From NCBI GenBank assembly GCA_023228195.1, contig JALOBR010000001.1, positions 1 to 42,665 on the forward strand: 42,665 nucleotides of DNA. The letters are read 5' to 3'. Source of the DNA: Candidatus Omnitrophota bacterium (GTDB lineage: Bacteria > Omnitrophota > Gorgyraeia > Duberdicusellales > 4484-171). The notes under the pieces were generated by a model. That model did not search any database. It saw only the letters and a program-made list of their open reading frames with translations, and was not told the DNA's origin. The position numbers and the translations under genes were made by a program. How positions within the stretch are numbered: position 1 is the first letter of the stretch; the number at the start of each line of letters is the position of its first letter. This document shows, in pieces, positions 33,869 through 42,665 of the stretch.

Positions 33869-35607
33869 TATTGTGCTTTATACCCTAATTTTGAATCTAT
33901 CTGCTTAAGATACCAAAAAGTCTGCCTGAATTTAGGTTGTAATAATTCTACGTTTATAAATTCTTTTCTTGCTTCCTCGTAATTGCCTAAAACAAAATAA
34001 ACTACTCCCAGGTTATAATGAGAGTCTATGTAATTTGAGTTAAGTGCGATTGCTTTCTGAAAACTACCCCTGGCTTCATTGTATTGACCTTGCGCCCACA
34101 ATGCGTAACCTAAATTATTGTAAGCGTAAGCATAGTCGGGCTTAATGTTTAAAGTTTTTTTAAAAAATTCCTCTGAAAGTTTATATTTTTCCTTAAGAAG
34201 AAAAAGTGTGGCCAAATTGTAATTATAAATATAAGAACGGGGGTAAATGTTAATTGCTTTCCTGTATTGCTCTATAGCTGTATCTATCATTCCAAGATTA
34301 AAATATATAAAACCTAAATTGGCAACTGCTTCGTAATCGCTGGGGTTAAACCCAACCGCTTTTTCACCCTGAGCTATTGCTTCATCAGGATTTTTTAAAA
34401 AATAAAACGCTAAAGCCCTGCCCGTGTAAGAAGTGCTATGCTTTGGTAGAATAGCAAGAGCCGAGTCAAACTTGTCTAATGCTTCCGTATATTTTTGATC
34501 CAGAGATAGTTTATATCCAGTCTCGAGCAACTCGAAACCGGATTTACAGTATTGCCACGCTATATCAGGATCTATTTTATTCTTAATGTATCCACTTAAC
34601 TCTACGCCCGGCTCATCTTTCTCCAATAAAACAAATGCCGCTTTTGCTTTTTTGGAATCCTGTAAATCATAAAGATAAGTATAGCCTGCACGAAACTGGG
34701 ATAGCTGTGGTACTTCCAAAGATGGGTCAAGCTTAAAAAGTTCTTCAAATAAAACTATTGCTTTATCTATTTCCCCGCTTTTATACAAACAATCTGCCTC
34801 CTGGTAGTAGGCAAATAATTTCCATTGTTTGGGCAGCTGATTTTTTATCTTACCGAAGATTTGTGAAGCTTTTATAAAATCTTTTTTTGATTTATAGAGA
34901 ATACCTAAGAAAAATTCCGCTTTTGTAGCTTTTTCGTTTTTAGAATTAACTTTGACCGCGCTGTTGAAATGTCTCTCGGCTGACATCCAATCTTTTAGCA
35001 GCAAGTATATTTTACCTATCTCTAAATGCGCATCCTGCAATTTCTTTCCTTTATACCTAGATATATCTTTTTCTATTTTAGCGATTTGCGATTTCAGCGA
35101 TTCCTCGTTAGCTTGCCTTCTTCCAGGAAATAATTTTAATGATATATCATCCAGCAAATTGACAAGAGCCGGCCTTTCGGCTATTTTTTTATCGATTGCT
35201 TTTTTGATAAAATGCTTTATATCGCTAATTTGAGAGTCTTTTGATATTTTTTCTGCAATTACTGCAGAAAAATCTATATTCGCAGCGGAAGACAATGTAA
35301 CTACGTATTCTTTTGTTGAAATTTCTTCTTTTAGTTCTTGTTCGACAATTTGTTGGGAAAGCTCTAGTTTTACCGCGAAAGTAAGGTCAAAATCACCCTT
35401 GGCTAGCTCATTTAGAAAAGAATCATCAAGAATATCTGTTATGTTTTTAACATCCCTTAAATTTTTTGCCCCGTCCAAGTCGCGCAGAGAAATCTTTAGG
35501 TTTGCCAAAGAAGCATCCAGTAGATAATGATTATATCCGAGAAAAAAAATAAAAGCGCCGAAAAAAGCGATAATTAACGGTATAAAATGGCGAAGTATTT
35601 TTTTCAT
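33868..35607 (-). CDS. Large TPR-repeat protein (N-terminal membrane anchor)
   Basis: Many TPR units (e.g. AVANLGFIYFNLGMIDTAIEQYRKAINIYP, AYNNLGYALWAQGQYNEARGSFQKAIALN). Confidence 0.8.
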   Translation of the reverse strand: MKKILRHFIPLIIAFFGAFIFFLGYNHYLLDASLANLKISLRDLDGAKNLRDVKNITDILDDSFLNELAKGDFDLTFAVKLELSQQIVEQELKEEISTKEYVVTLSSAANIDFSAVIAEKISKDSQISDIKHFIKKAIDKKIAERPALVNLLDDISLKLFPGRRQANEESLKSQIAKIEKDISRYKGKKLQDAHLEIGKIYLLLKDWMSAERHFNSAVKVNSKNEKATKAEFFLGILYKSKKDFIKASQIFGKIKNQLPKQWKLFAYYQEADCLYKSGEIDKAIVLFEELFKLDPSLEVPQLSQFRAGYTYLYDLQDSKKAKAAFVLLEKDEPGVELSGYIKNKIDPDIAWQYCKSGFELLETGYKLSLDQKYTEALDKFDSALAILPKHSTSYTGRALAFYFLKNPDEAIAQGEKAVGFNPSDYEAVANLGFIYFNLGMIDTAIEQYRKAINIYPRSYIYNYNLATLFLLKEKYKLSEEFFKKTLNIKPDYAYAYNNLGYALWAQGQYNEARGSFQKAIALNSNYIDSHYNLGVVYFVLGNYEEARKEFINVELLQPKFRQTFWYLKQIDSKLGYKAQ

Positions 35608-35684
35608 TACCCTTACTATATCATTGTTTTAGGCGCTGTCAATACAAAACGGCTTTCGGGCAAAAAAACACATAAACAATGTGC

Positions 35685-36173
35685 CTATTTTGCTTTAATT
35701 GCCTTTTTTATTTGTTTCCTTAATTTTCCAATTTTCCTTTTGTTTAATTCACTGAACAAAATAAATATATAATACGCGAGAAGGCTTGAAAGCAAAAAAT
35801 TTACGATGATGCTTATGACGACCAAAGGCTTTTCTACCGCAAGAAAAGCTATTTTTTCCCCTTTTATAGTTAAAAGTGGAATTTTTCCGAAAAGCATTTG
35901 GCTGTTATTTATGACAAAAATCAGCTGGAAAATAAACGCTAAAAAAAATCCTATGAGCTTTATGTGCCATATCGCGTCATAAAGAAAATACAAAAAAGCA
36001 ATAAATAGCACTATCGCTAATACTACCGGAAAGGAACTTAATTTTTGTCCGAACAAATAAACACCGGTAGAAAATACATATAACGGCAATATATGCAAAA
36101 CGATCAGGAAAAGATAAAACCTTGAAAGAATAATTATTCCTAAATCTTTGCGGGACAAACGCTTATGTTCCAT
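35685..36173 (-). CDS. Integral membrane protein of unknown function (4-5 TM helices)
   Basis: Hydrophobic throughout. The start was tentatively placed at MEHKRLSRK (36173), because the ORF-track start at 36209 leaves only 11 nt before the divergent gene. Confidence 0.5.
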   Translation of the reverse strand: MEHKRLSRKDLGIIILSRFYLFLIVLHILPLYVFSTGVYLFGQKLSSFPVVLAIVLFIAFLYFLYDAIWHIKLIGFFLAFIFQLIFVINNSQMLFGKIPLLTIKGEKIAFLAVEKPLVVISIIVNFLLSSLLAYYIFILFSELNKRKIGKLRKQIKKAIKAK

Positions 36174-36220
36174 TGACAATAAGTGGTTTTTATGGTATCT
36201 TTTAACCAAAGGGGGAAAAA

Positions 36221-36448
36221 ATGATTACAAAGCTAATATTATCAATATTTATGGTGGTTATACCACTTTGCGCATTTGCTCAGCCTATTGTGGAAACAAG
36301 CCCTGATGGGAATACGGCCTCTCCTACGATTACAACTGAAGAAAGACAAGCATCAAAAGGTGAGAAAAAATCACTAAAAGATATGGTTATCACTGAGCCG
36401 CAATTTCCGGCTGTTATAACTACGGAAGAAAAAGAGAAAAAAGAATAG
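36221..36448 (+). CDS. Small secreted protein (75 aa) with an internal ITTEE repeat
   Basis: A GGGGGA Shine-Dalgarno sequence lies 5 nt upstream. Signal peptide MITKLILSIFMVVIPLCAFAQP. PTITTEERQ and AVITTEEKE repeats. Confidence 0.55.
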   Translation: MITKLILSIFMVVIPLCAFAQPIVETSPDGNTASPTITTEERQASKGEKKSLKDMVITEPQFPAVITTEEKEKKE

Positions 36449-36458
36449 GTTCATATTT

Positions 36459-37772
36459 TCAACCTTGTTCTTCTTTCCGCTGGTCTAAAACAAAACAACT
36501 TCTTTCGAGATTTTTTGCTTTCTTTTTCATTTCCGCAGCACGATTGGTTACCTCCGCGTAACTCGCTATACGACGGTATTCATTAGTAACCCCTGCCATA
36601 GAAATTGTCATTATAGGAAATTGCTTTATTGAGCCATCACGCGCATGAGAAACTATATGACCCCTTTCGAGATCGTCCTTATCAAACAAATTCCGTATTC
36701 GCTTATTAAACTCTGAGATTATATAATCGGTAACATTTTTGGTTTCTTGCAGCTCTGTAACAAGAAGGAAATCATCCCCTCCTTCATGCCCAACTAAATC
36801 GTCATTACTACCTTTGTTTTTTACAGCTTCCTTAAGAATTTCTCCGGTCAACGTTATTGCTTCGTCTCCCTTTGCTATACCATATTTATCATTATAAGCT
36901 TTAAAGTTGTCCAAATCACAATATATAACAGCAAATTTCTTGCCTTCGTTAATTCTTTTTTCTATCTCTTCTCTTATTACGATATTGCCCGGGAGCTTGG
37001 TCAAAGGATTTGCGTTTTCTGCCTTTTCTTTCATTCTTATCAATTCTTCAGTCATAGAATTAAATGTTTTTGCAAGTATCTCCAATTCATCTCCAGTTGC
37101 GACATTTACACGCAAATCCAAACGGCCCGAAGCAATGACTTTAGCCGCACCGCTAAAAACCTTTATTGGCCCGATTACCAAATGAGAGAGAAATACTCCC
37201 AGTATAAAATTTATAAAGATAATCATTAATCCAACGATGATTCCGGTTTGATATATCTGGCTATACGCACTTGATAAATTTGCCAGGGAAAAAAACAGCC
37301 GAACCGCGAAGACACCCTGCCCCTTTTCCCCTAACGGAACATAGAAAGAAAACACGTTACGGTCTTTATCTATAATTGCTTCTCTTACCAAACTCTCTCC
37401 CTTATTCATCTTATCGACAATATAGTCATCAGTAAAATCTCCTTTTTTGTTTTCCAAATGCTTTTCGGTTGAAAAAACGATTACTCCTTCTTTATTTAAA
37501 ACATAGGCCTGAGCTATTTCCTGTGTTTCTTTTAACGTATTTATCTTTTTCTGCATGAATTCTATCTTCTTATCATCGGGGAGTCCAAAGCTTACGATCT
37601 TTTCCCAGGTATTTTCTAAAACCAGGGACACTATTTTTGCACGCGACTCGTTAAAGGAATTAAGTATATTCATTTGCTGGAAAAGCTGGATGCCCACAAA
37701 AATCGAAATAATGATTATTGTGAAAGTCGTAAGAAGCACGACAATTCTGCTTTGTAAAGTAATAAGCCGCAT
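36459..37772 (-). CDS. Membrane sensor with a HAMP domain and a variant GGDEF-fold domain (GGDDF)
   Basis: Two TM helices flank a periplasmic segment of about 150 aa. HAMP (PIKVFSGAAKVIASGRLD...DELEILAKTFNSM). NPLTKLPGN, YCDLDNFKAYNDKYGIAKGD, GHEGGDDFL. Confidence 0.8.
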   Translation of the reverse strand: MRLITLQSRIVVLLTTFTIIIISIFVGIQLFQQMNILNSFNESRAKIVSLVLENTWEKIVSFGLPDDKKIEFMQKKINTLKETQEIAQAYVLNKEGVIVFSTEKHLENKKGDFTDDYIVDKMNKGESLVREAIIDKDRNVFSFYVPLGEKGQGVFAVRLFFSLANLSSAYSQIYQTGIIVGLMIIFINFILGVFLSHLVIGPIKVFSGAAKVIASGRLDLRVNVATGDELEILAKTFNSMTEELIRMKEKAENANPLTKLPGNIVIREEIEKRINEGKKFAVIYCDLDNFKAYNDKYGIAKGDEAITLTGEILKEAVKNKGSNDDLVGHEGGDDFLLVTELQETKNVTDYIISEFNKRIRNLFDKDDLERGHIVSHARDGSIKQFPIMTISMAGVTNEYRRIASYAEVTNRAAEMKKKAKNLERSCFVLDQRKEEQG

Positions 37773-37776
37773 ATGT

Positions 37777-38895
37777 TTAGTTATCGTTTTCCCAGAAAAA
37801 ATTTAAATTATTTTTTATTATTTTCAACATTATGCCTAATACGTCTTTTGAAATAGCCGGATGTTTTAAAAATTCCCAAAAAATAGTTGCATGATTTTCG
37901 AAGTCTCCCTTTTGTTCAATTATATCAGTTTTTTTCTTAACAAAATTAAATATCTTTTCAATGTCTTCGTCTGTTAATTTGGCAAAAATATGCCTTGCCT
38001 TTAGGGCGATATCTATTTCTTTTCCAAACCTCTTCATCCACCGCAGATTATAGTCATTAGGCTTTTCGGTTACAATGCACTCTGAAAGTATTTCCGCTGA
38101 CCGCATACCCATATATATTCCGCCATAGCTTAACGGTTTTACCTGACAGGCACTGTCGCCCACCAAAAATATACCTTCCTTTGACAATGGGCCGAACGGA
38201 GTAAGAGGGACCAAACCGGCAAATTTTTCGAGTATCTCCCCATTTAATTTCTTTTCTTTAATAAAATCCAGAAGGTCATGATAGGGATTTTGAGATAAAA
38301 CCCCTATACGCACTATTTCTTCAGATTCCGGAATAATCCAATAAAAATAAGGTTTTTTCACATAAACTTCAACCATATCCTTATGCCGGGGTTTTATCTT
38401 AATACGAAACTGTACGCCTTTTAGATACTCCATACGTTTATCTGTGACGAATTCACGCACGGTTGAGCGTGCACCTTCAGCGCCAATTATAATACTGGCA
38501 TCCATACTTCCTTTGTCGGTTTCGATAATATACTGCCCGTTTTCTTTCTCAAGCCCCAGGAAGCGTGTTTCGAAATGAATTTCTAATCCTTTCCCTAAAC
38601 TTTTGTCGAATTTCTCTCTGTCAACAACATAAGCAACATTTTTGCGCTTAATAAAAATTTCATTTTTACCGGCATAAACAATTGCACCGTTAATTGCATT
38701 AAGTATGCAATCGGAAGATAAGGAAATTTTTGCTTCCTCGAATACTTTTTTACCCACCAAGCCCGCGCAATGAACTGGCCTGCCTATTTCCTTATGCTCT
38801 TCAATCAATAAAGAATTGATACCCTTTTTTCGCAGTAATTGCGCCAGATAGCAGCCTATGGGACCCGCTCCAATAATAACAATTTTTGATGTCAT
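37777..38895 (-). CDS. Geranylgeranyl reductase family FAD-dependent oxidoreductase
   Basis: IVIIGAGPIGCYLA dinucleotide fold, EEHKEIGRPVHCAGLV, GDSACQVKPLSYGGI. Confidence 0.75.
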   Translation of the reverse strand: MTSKIVIIGAGPIGCYLAQLLRKKGINSLLIEEHKEIGRPVHCAGLVGKKVFEEAKISLSSDCILNAINGAIVYAGKNEIFIKRKNVAYVVDREKFDKSLGKGLEIHFETRFLGLEKENGQYIIETDKGSMDASIIIGAEGARSTVREFVTDKRMEYLKGVQFRIKIKPRHKDMVEVYVKKPYFYWIIPESEEIVRIGVLSQNPYHDLLDFIKEKKLNGEILEKFAGLVPLTPFGPLSKEGIFLVGDSACQVKPLSYGGIYMGMRSAEILSECIVTEKPNDYNLRWMKRFGKEIDIALKARHIFAKLTDEDIEKIFNFVKKKTDIIEQKGDFENHATIFWEFLKHPAISKDVLGIMLKIIKNNLNFFWENDN

Positions 38896-38964
38896 TTATA
38901 TAATGATTTTTTTTATCTGATTAATGAAGCCTTCCATAACTCCTCGGGCTATACCCCACAGGAT

Positions 38965-38996
38965 GGCCCTTCCTGATGCCTTGTTAAGGAAGGCCC
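38965..38996 (-). terminator. GC-rich stem-loop downstream of the sugar transferase gene (weak terminator candidate; no U-tract)
   Basis: GGCCCTTCCT / AGGAAGGCCC pair at 9 of 10 bp, with a 12-nt loop. Confidence 0.25.
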
Positions 38997-39017
38997 TAAG
39001 GCTCGGTCCGCTAAGGA

Positions 39018-39614
39018 TTAAATTTTGCGGCTTGTATCCTCCCATTTTTTTCTAAAAGTAATCCAAATAGACATAAAAATAAGGCGTAAATCAAAAATAA
39101 AGTTTCTGTTTTTGATATATTGCAAATCCAATCTTAGCACTTCTTCATCGCTTGCATGTTTCGGGGCACAGATTTGGGCTAGGCCAGTTAACCCCGGCAT
39201 AACTTTCAGGCGTTTTGAAAAATTTACTATATCTGAATTTAAATTTTGCGGATTTATCATTTTACCCAAAGCATCTTCTGCTATGCCATATTTATTTATT
39301 GAATAGTTTCTCGGCCCCACGAATGACATCTCTCCTTTGGCGATATTAATCAACTGCGGCAATTCATCCATGGCAGTTTGACGGAGTAATTTTCCTACTT
39401 TAGTAATTGCTAACGAATTCTCCTCCATGGACCGAAATTTTAACGCATTGAGTATTCTCCCATTTTTTCCCAGAGATTTTTTGATATATAAAACAGGCGG
39501 GCCGTCTTCCAGCAATATCAATACTACAATAACGGCAATCAGCGGGGAGAATAGAATAAGGCCGAATAAGGCAAGATTAAAGTCAAAAATTCTTTTTACT
39601 ATAAAATAACTCAA
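39018..39614 (-). CDS. Polyprenyl-phosphate sugar phosphotransferase (small bacterial sugar transferase family)
   Basis: KRIFDF, one TM helix, KFRSM, DELPQLINIAKGEMSFVGPR. Confidence 0.85.
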   Translation of the reverse strand: MSYFIVKRIFDFNLALFGLILFSPLIAVIVVLILLEDGPPVLYIKKSLGKNGRILNALKFRSMEENSLAITKVGKLLRQTAMDELPQLINIAKGEMSFVGPRNYSINKYGIAEDALGKMINPQNLNSDIVNFSKRLKVMPGLTGLAQICAPKHASDEEVLRLDLQYIKNRNFIFDLRLIFMSIWITFRKKWEDTSRKI

Positions 39615-39616
39615 AA

Positions 39617-40195
39617 TTATTTTTCAGTTAATCGACTTTTCACAAGTATATATTTTCGCTTGCACTTTTGACAGATGTAATTTGTTTGGGCGGTTTTTGT
39701 TAATTTCTTTCCGCATTCACACATCCAACCCTGTAATTTAGCGGGATTGCCGTATAATAAAGCAAAATCCGGCACATCTTTTGTCGCCACGCTTCCTGCA
39801 CCAATGAATGCATGCCTTCCTATGATTATGCCGCAGACTATAGTTGCATTTGCACCTATAGTTGCGCCTTTTCGTATCAAGGTCTTTTTGTAGTGTTTAT
39901 TAACCGGATACAGCGAACGAGGGTTTTTTACGTTTGTAAAAACGGCTGATGGACCGCAAAATACCCCATCTTCTAACGTAATACCGGAGTATATTGAAAC
40001 ATTATTTTGAATTTTGACATTGCTGCCGATTTTTGTATTATCCGCTATAAAAACATTCTGCCCTATTGTGCAATTTTTACCAATCTGGCTACCTGCCATA
40101 ATATGGCTAAAATGCCATACTTTTGTACCTCTACCGATTTTTGCGCCATTATCAACTACGGCACCCTTGGCAATAAAATATTCTGGTTTAGACAA
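39617..40195 (-). CDS. Left-handed beta-helix N-acetyltransferase (WbpD/WlbB-like) with a C-terminal Cys4 ribbon
   Basis: Hexapeptide repeats (GAKIGRGTKVWHFSHIMAGSQIGKNCTIGQNVFI...). The tail is GWMCECGKKL...CQKCKRKY. Confidence 0.75.
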   Translation of the reverse strand: MSKPEYFIAKGAVVDNGAKIGRGTKVWHFSHIMAGSQIGKNCTIGQNVFIADNTKIGSNVKIQNNVSIYSGITLEDGVFCGPSAVFTNVKNPRSLYPVNKHYKKTLIRKGATIGANATIVCGIIIGRHAFIGAGSVATKDVPDFALLYGNPAKLQGWMCECGKKLTKTAQTNYICQKCKRKYILVKSRLTEK

Positions 40196-41195
40196 TTTTA
40201 ATCACCTTCCTTTTCCTTAAAGAATCCTGCGCGGCTTTCAATACCTTTAATACCCTTAACCCGTCTTCTCCGCTGCTGCGAGGCTGCTTTCTTGATTTGA
40301 CACACTCAATAAAATGTTCGCATTCAATCTTGAGAGGCTCTTCTAATTTAACTTTCGGAATGGATATAGAGCCAAATTTTAATTTGGGTAAGGTCTGATA
40401 AGAAACAAACCTTTCCTCTTCTTTATATTGATTCCATATTTTAAGTTTCTCTTCTGAAACCATGTCATCGAAGATAGCCATTTTATGCGAACCCACCACA
40501 GTTATCTCCCTTATCTTACGTGGGCTAAGCCAATTAACACTCACGTGGCCTAAAATGTTGCCCGGAAAACGTAAAGTTAGAAATGCCAGGTCCTCAATTT
40601 GTTTTTGAATATAACTGTTGCCTGTAGCATCAACAGAGACAGGCATTTTGCCCAAAAGAAAAATCATTGTTGCAATATCGTGCGTGGCTAAACTCCAAAT
40701 TACATTTTCTTCCCTGCGGATTTTTCCTAAATTAAGGCGGCGGGATTCTAAATAATAAATATCTCCCAATGTTTTACCTTCAATTAAACCTTTAAGTTTT
40801 AAAACAGCAGGATGATATTCCAATAAATGCCCCACCATAAGAATTCTTTTATTATTTTGTGCTATTCTTATCAACTCCTCTGCATGCTTAACCTTTAAAG
40901 CGACGGGCTTTTCTACGAACACATCTTTCCCCGAAAGTAAAGTCAACATTGCTATTTCATAATGAGTGATTGCCGGGGTAGAAATCACTACCGCGTTTAT
41001 ATTTTTGTCCTCCACAACCGATTTAAAATCGGTTATAAACCTTATATTTGGGTATATTGATTTGTATTTATCTATAGCTGATTTATTTTTATCGCAGACA
41101 ACGCACACTTTTACCTGCGGTAAGGAAACAAATGTCCTTAATAAATTCGGGCCCCAATAACCAATACCTACTAAAGCAATATTAACCATAGACAT
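40188..41195 (-). CDS. Gfo/Idh/MocA family sugar-nucleotide oxidoreductase (WbpB-like)
   Basis: N-terminal Rossmann fold VGIGYWGPN, and the EKP motif VFVEKPVA. An 8-nt overlap with the acetyltransferase gene. Confidence 0.75.
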   Translation of the reverse strand: MSMVNIALVGIGYWGPNLLRTFVSLPQVKVCVVCDKNKSAIDKYKSIYPNIRFITDFKSVVEDKNINAVVISTPAITHYEIAMLTLLSGKDVFVEKPVALKVKHAEELIRIAQNNKRILMVGHLLEYHPAVLKLKGLIEGKTLGDIYYLESRRLNLGKIRREENVIWSLATHDIATMIFLLGKMPVSVDATGNSYIQKQIEDLAFLTLRFPGNILGHVSVNWLSPRKIREITVVGSHKMAIFDDMVSEEKLKIWNQYKEEERFVSYQTLPKLKFGSISIPKVKLEEPLKIECEHFIECVKSRKQPRSSGEDGLRVLKVLKAAQDSLRKRKVIKIV

Positions 41196-41288
41196 ATTTA
41201 AAAATTACCTGCGGTCCGGGTTATTTTTATTATAGCTGTATTTTGTTAATTCGCAAAACTTTAGCAACTTAGCTCCTTTTGCAAAACC

Positions 41289-42491
41289 TTACTTACGAAG
41301 TTTTGGAATATAAACGCTATCGATTATTAATGCAAAGATAAGGTACATAAGTATATGGGAAAATAAACCAAGCCTTAAATCGTCTGTTATGCCGAAAGAA
41401 GTCACGGCGTTATCATATAAAAACAGTAGACCCATAAATATTAAATCTCTTTTTTTCAAAAAAACAATAACTTTTCCGCCTTTAAGAAGACAGGTCACTA
41501 TAATTAAAAATACGATAATATTTTTAGCTATCAATGACCTCCTTAAAAACGAGTAATTTTTCCGCGAATCAAGCACCCTGAAAGGAAAATTTAGCTTAGT
41601 GAAATTATTAATATAATTTTTAAACATTATTACAGGGTGCTCTTGAAGGTTATCTAAAAAAAGCTTAAAATATCTCTCGTCTATTGTCGCTATATTCTGC
41701 TTGATGCCACTCTTTGAATGATTATCTTCGGCTGGCGAACATTTTATGCCGCGGTAAAAAAATTCCCCACCATGGAAAGAAAGTCTGTATCGTCCAAAAA
41801 CAATTTTATTCCTAATCAAAACCGGCGAAATAATAATAAATGACACTAAAAAAAGAAGAAAAGCTTTTTGAAAAAATTTTCTTCTACCCACCAGGAACGA
41901 TACGGCCAGAAGAAACAACGGCAACAATTGGAATTTATTTCTTACCAGGATTAGGCATCCGCAGGAAATACTTGCCAATAAAATCCATTTTGTTTTTGGA
42001 GAAGAAAAATATTTTACGCTTAATAATATAAACGATAGAAAAAAGAAAATTCCGAGTGTTTCGGATAGAATCATGCTTGTTAAATAGAAAATAACGTGAT
42101 GTGTGAGGTATAAAAAAAGTGCGATATATTTTACTAAATCCGAACGTAACGTTGAATCTAATATCAAGAAAAACAAAACAATATTGATAGCCCCCAAGAT
42201 ATATTGAGTTATCAAAACCGGCACCAGATTGCTGCCGAAAACCGTGAACAACCCGCCCAGAAACAGGGGATACCCGATTTGATATATCCCGTGCGGTGTA
42301 ATGCCGTCAAAAGTATAACCTAAACCGCGCGAAAGATTATATCCGGATATTTTATAAAATAAGGCGTCGCTCGGCAGGAATTGATTATTGTATAATCTTC
42401 CGGTGACAAGACCATATCCTAGAGCTAAAAAAAAGTACAAAAAAAATAACGCTAGTGCTATTTTTTGTTTATTCCTTCCGGCGTATATCAT
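41289..42491 (-). CDS. Multi-pass membrane glycosyltransferase-like protein (GT-C, ArnT/PMT-like)
   Basis: At least 9 hydrophobic helices and an N-terminal loop with an Asp-containing motif (FLPSDALFY). The assignment rests on topology only. Confidence 0.45.
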   Translation of the reverse strand: MIYAGRNKQKIALALFFLYFFLALGYGLVTGRLYNNQFLPSDALFYKISGYNLSRGLGYTFDGITPHGIYQIGYPLFLGGLFTVFGSNLVPVLITQYILGAINIVLFFLILDSTLRSDLVKYIALFLYLTHHVIFYLTSMILSETLGIFFFLSFILLSVKYFSSPKTKWILLASISCGCLILVRNKFQLLPLFLLAVSFLVGRRKFFQKAFLLFLVSFIIISPVLIRNKIVFGRYRLSFHGGEFFYRGIKCSPAEDNHSKSGIKQNIATIDERYFKLFLDNLQEHPVIMFKNYINNFTKLNFPFRVLDSRKNYSFLRRSLIAKNIIVFLIIVTCLLKGGKVIVFLKKRDLIFMGLLFLYDNAVTSFGITDDLRLGLFSHILMYLIFALIIDSVYIPKLRK

Positions 42492-42664
42492 AAAAATCTT
42501 TTCGCCAGTGACAATATGCCTTGTTTCCAGGCCACCCTATGGGTAACCCCCGACTTGCCTAATTCTTTTTTATGCTCTAAATACCATTTGTATGATTTTC
42601 TCAGGGCTTCTTTATTGCTATATTTAGGCGACCAGTCAATTGCGGATTTTATTTTATCGTTAGA
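42488..42664 (-). CDS. C-terminal fragment of an NAD-dependent epimerase/dehydratase family protein (N-terminus outside the window)
   Basis: Own translation of the minus strand: SNDKIKSAIDWSPKYSNKEALRKSYKWYLEHKK...KRFL*. The stop overlaps the next start as ATGA. This ORF is not in the ORF track because it has no start codon in the window. Confidence 0.5.
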   Translation of the reverse strand, partial: SNDKIKSAIDWSPKYSNKEALRKSYKWYLEHKKELGKSGVTHRVAWKQGILSLAKRFL

Positions 42665-42665
42665 T

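Noticed and set aside
33333-33908. A 191-aa plus-strand ORF, and similar long antisense ORFs (458-922, 941-1291, 9809-10279, 23368-23829, 23807-24148, 7266-7691)
   Set aside because: Each lies fully antisense to a gene with strong family motifs. Their sequences are low-complexity (Ser/Phe/Ile/Leu-rich), as expected for shadow ORFs in AT-rich DNA, and none carries a recognisable motif.
39617-40195. C-terminal Cys4 ribbon on the hexapeptide acetyltransferase as a novel fusion
   Set aside because: From memory, a short C-terminal extension of the form GW..(C/H)G..L....C....Y is common in WbpD/WlbB-type N-acetyltransferases, so it is probably family-typical.

Overview
This is a low-GC bacterial chromosomal window, probably from an uncultivated lineage; the abundance of PilZ, TPR and EPS genes loosely suggests a PVC/Omnitrophota-like genome, which is only a guess. 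Layout: (1) 1-3221, plus strand: a sensor-kinase / REC-GGDEF-like pair, then a promoter, two tandem tRNA-derived structured units and a genuine tRNA-Leu(GAG). (2) 3222-4375: a non-coding zone with frameshifted remnants of a Rex-like repressor and of hypE, located where plus- and minus-strand gene blocks converge. (3) 4376-26656, almost all minus strand: housekeeping genes (nnrE-like, PAC2, rarA, acetolactate decarboxylase, M42 and M20 peptidases, RNA methyltransferase, era, aminotransferase, Lrp, DnaQ-like exonuclease, yjbQ, csaA). The exceptions are a two-gene plus-strand islet (13750-15172: HEPN-like Rx4H protein plus 2-TM protein) and a 3.7-kb cassette (M20 peptidase, PilZ-TM-coiled-coil-toroid protein, TPR protein) bracketed by two about 190-bp MITE-like elements in inverted orientation. 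(4) 26783-42665, minus strand: a long exopolysaccharide/glycan operon (O-antigen-ligase-like, Wzc-type tyrosine kinase, Wza, beta-barrel OMP, sugar transferase, WbpB/WbpD-like enzymes, GT-C transferase, epimerase). Embedded in it are c-di-GMP parts (a PilZ-2TM protein and a HAMP-GGDDF protein) and a geranylgeranyl-reductase-family flavoprotein. Intergenic spacers are unusually rich in repeats and perfect hairpins. These include a GC-rich palindromic element inserted in-frame in nnrE, an ATTATCCCC hairpin family, 'twin-word' palindromes and 7-nt tandem arrays. The best candidate for an undescribed system is the HEPN-like/2-TM islet. The runners-up are the MITE-bracketed PilZ cassette and the tRNA-derived structured repeats. 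Every functional call is motif recognition by eye; no searches were run.
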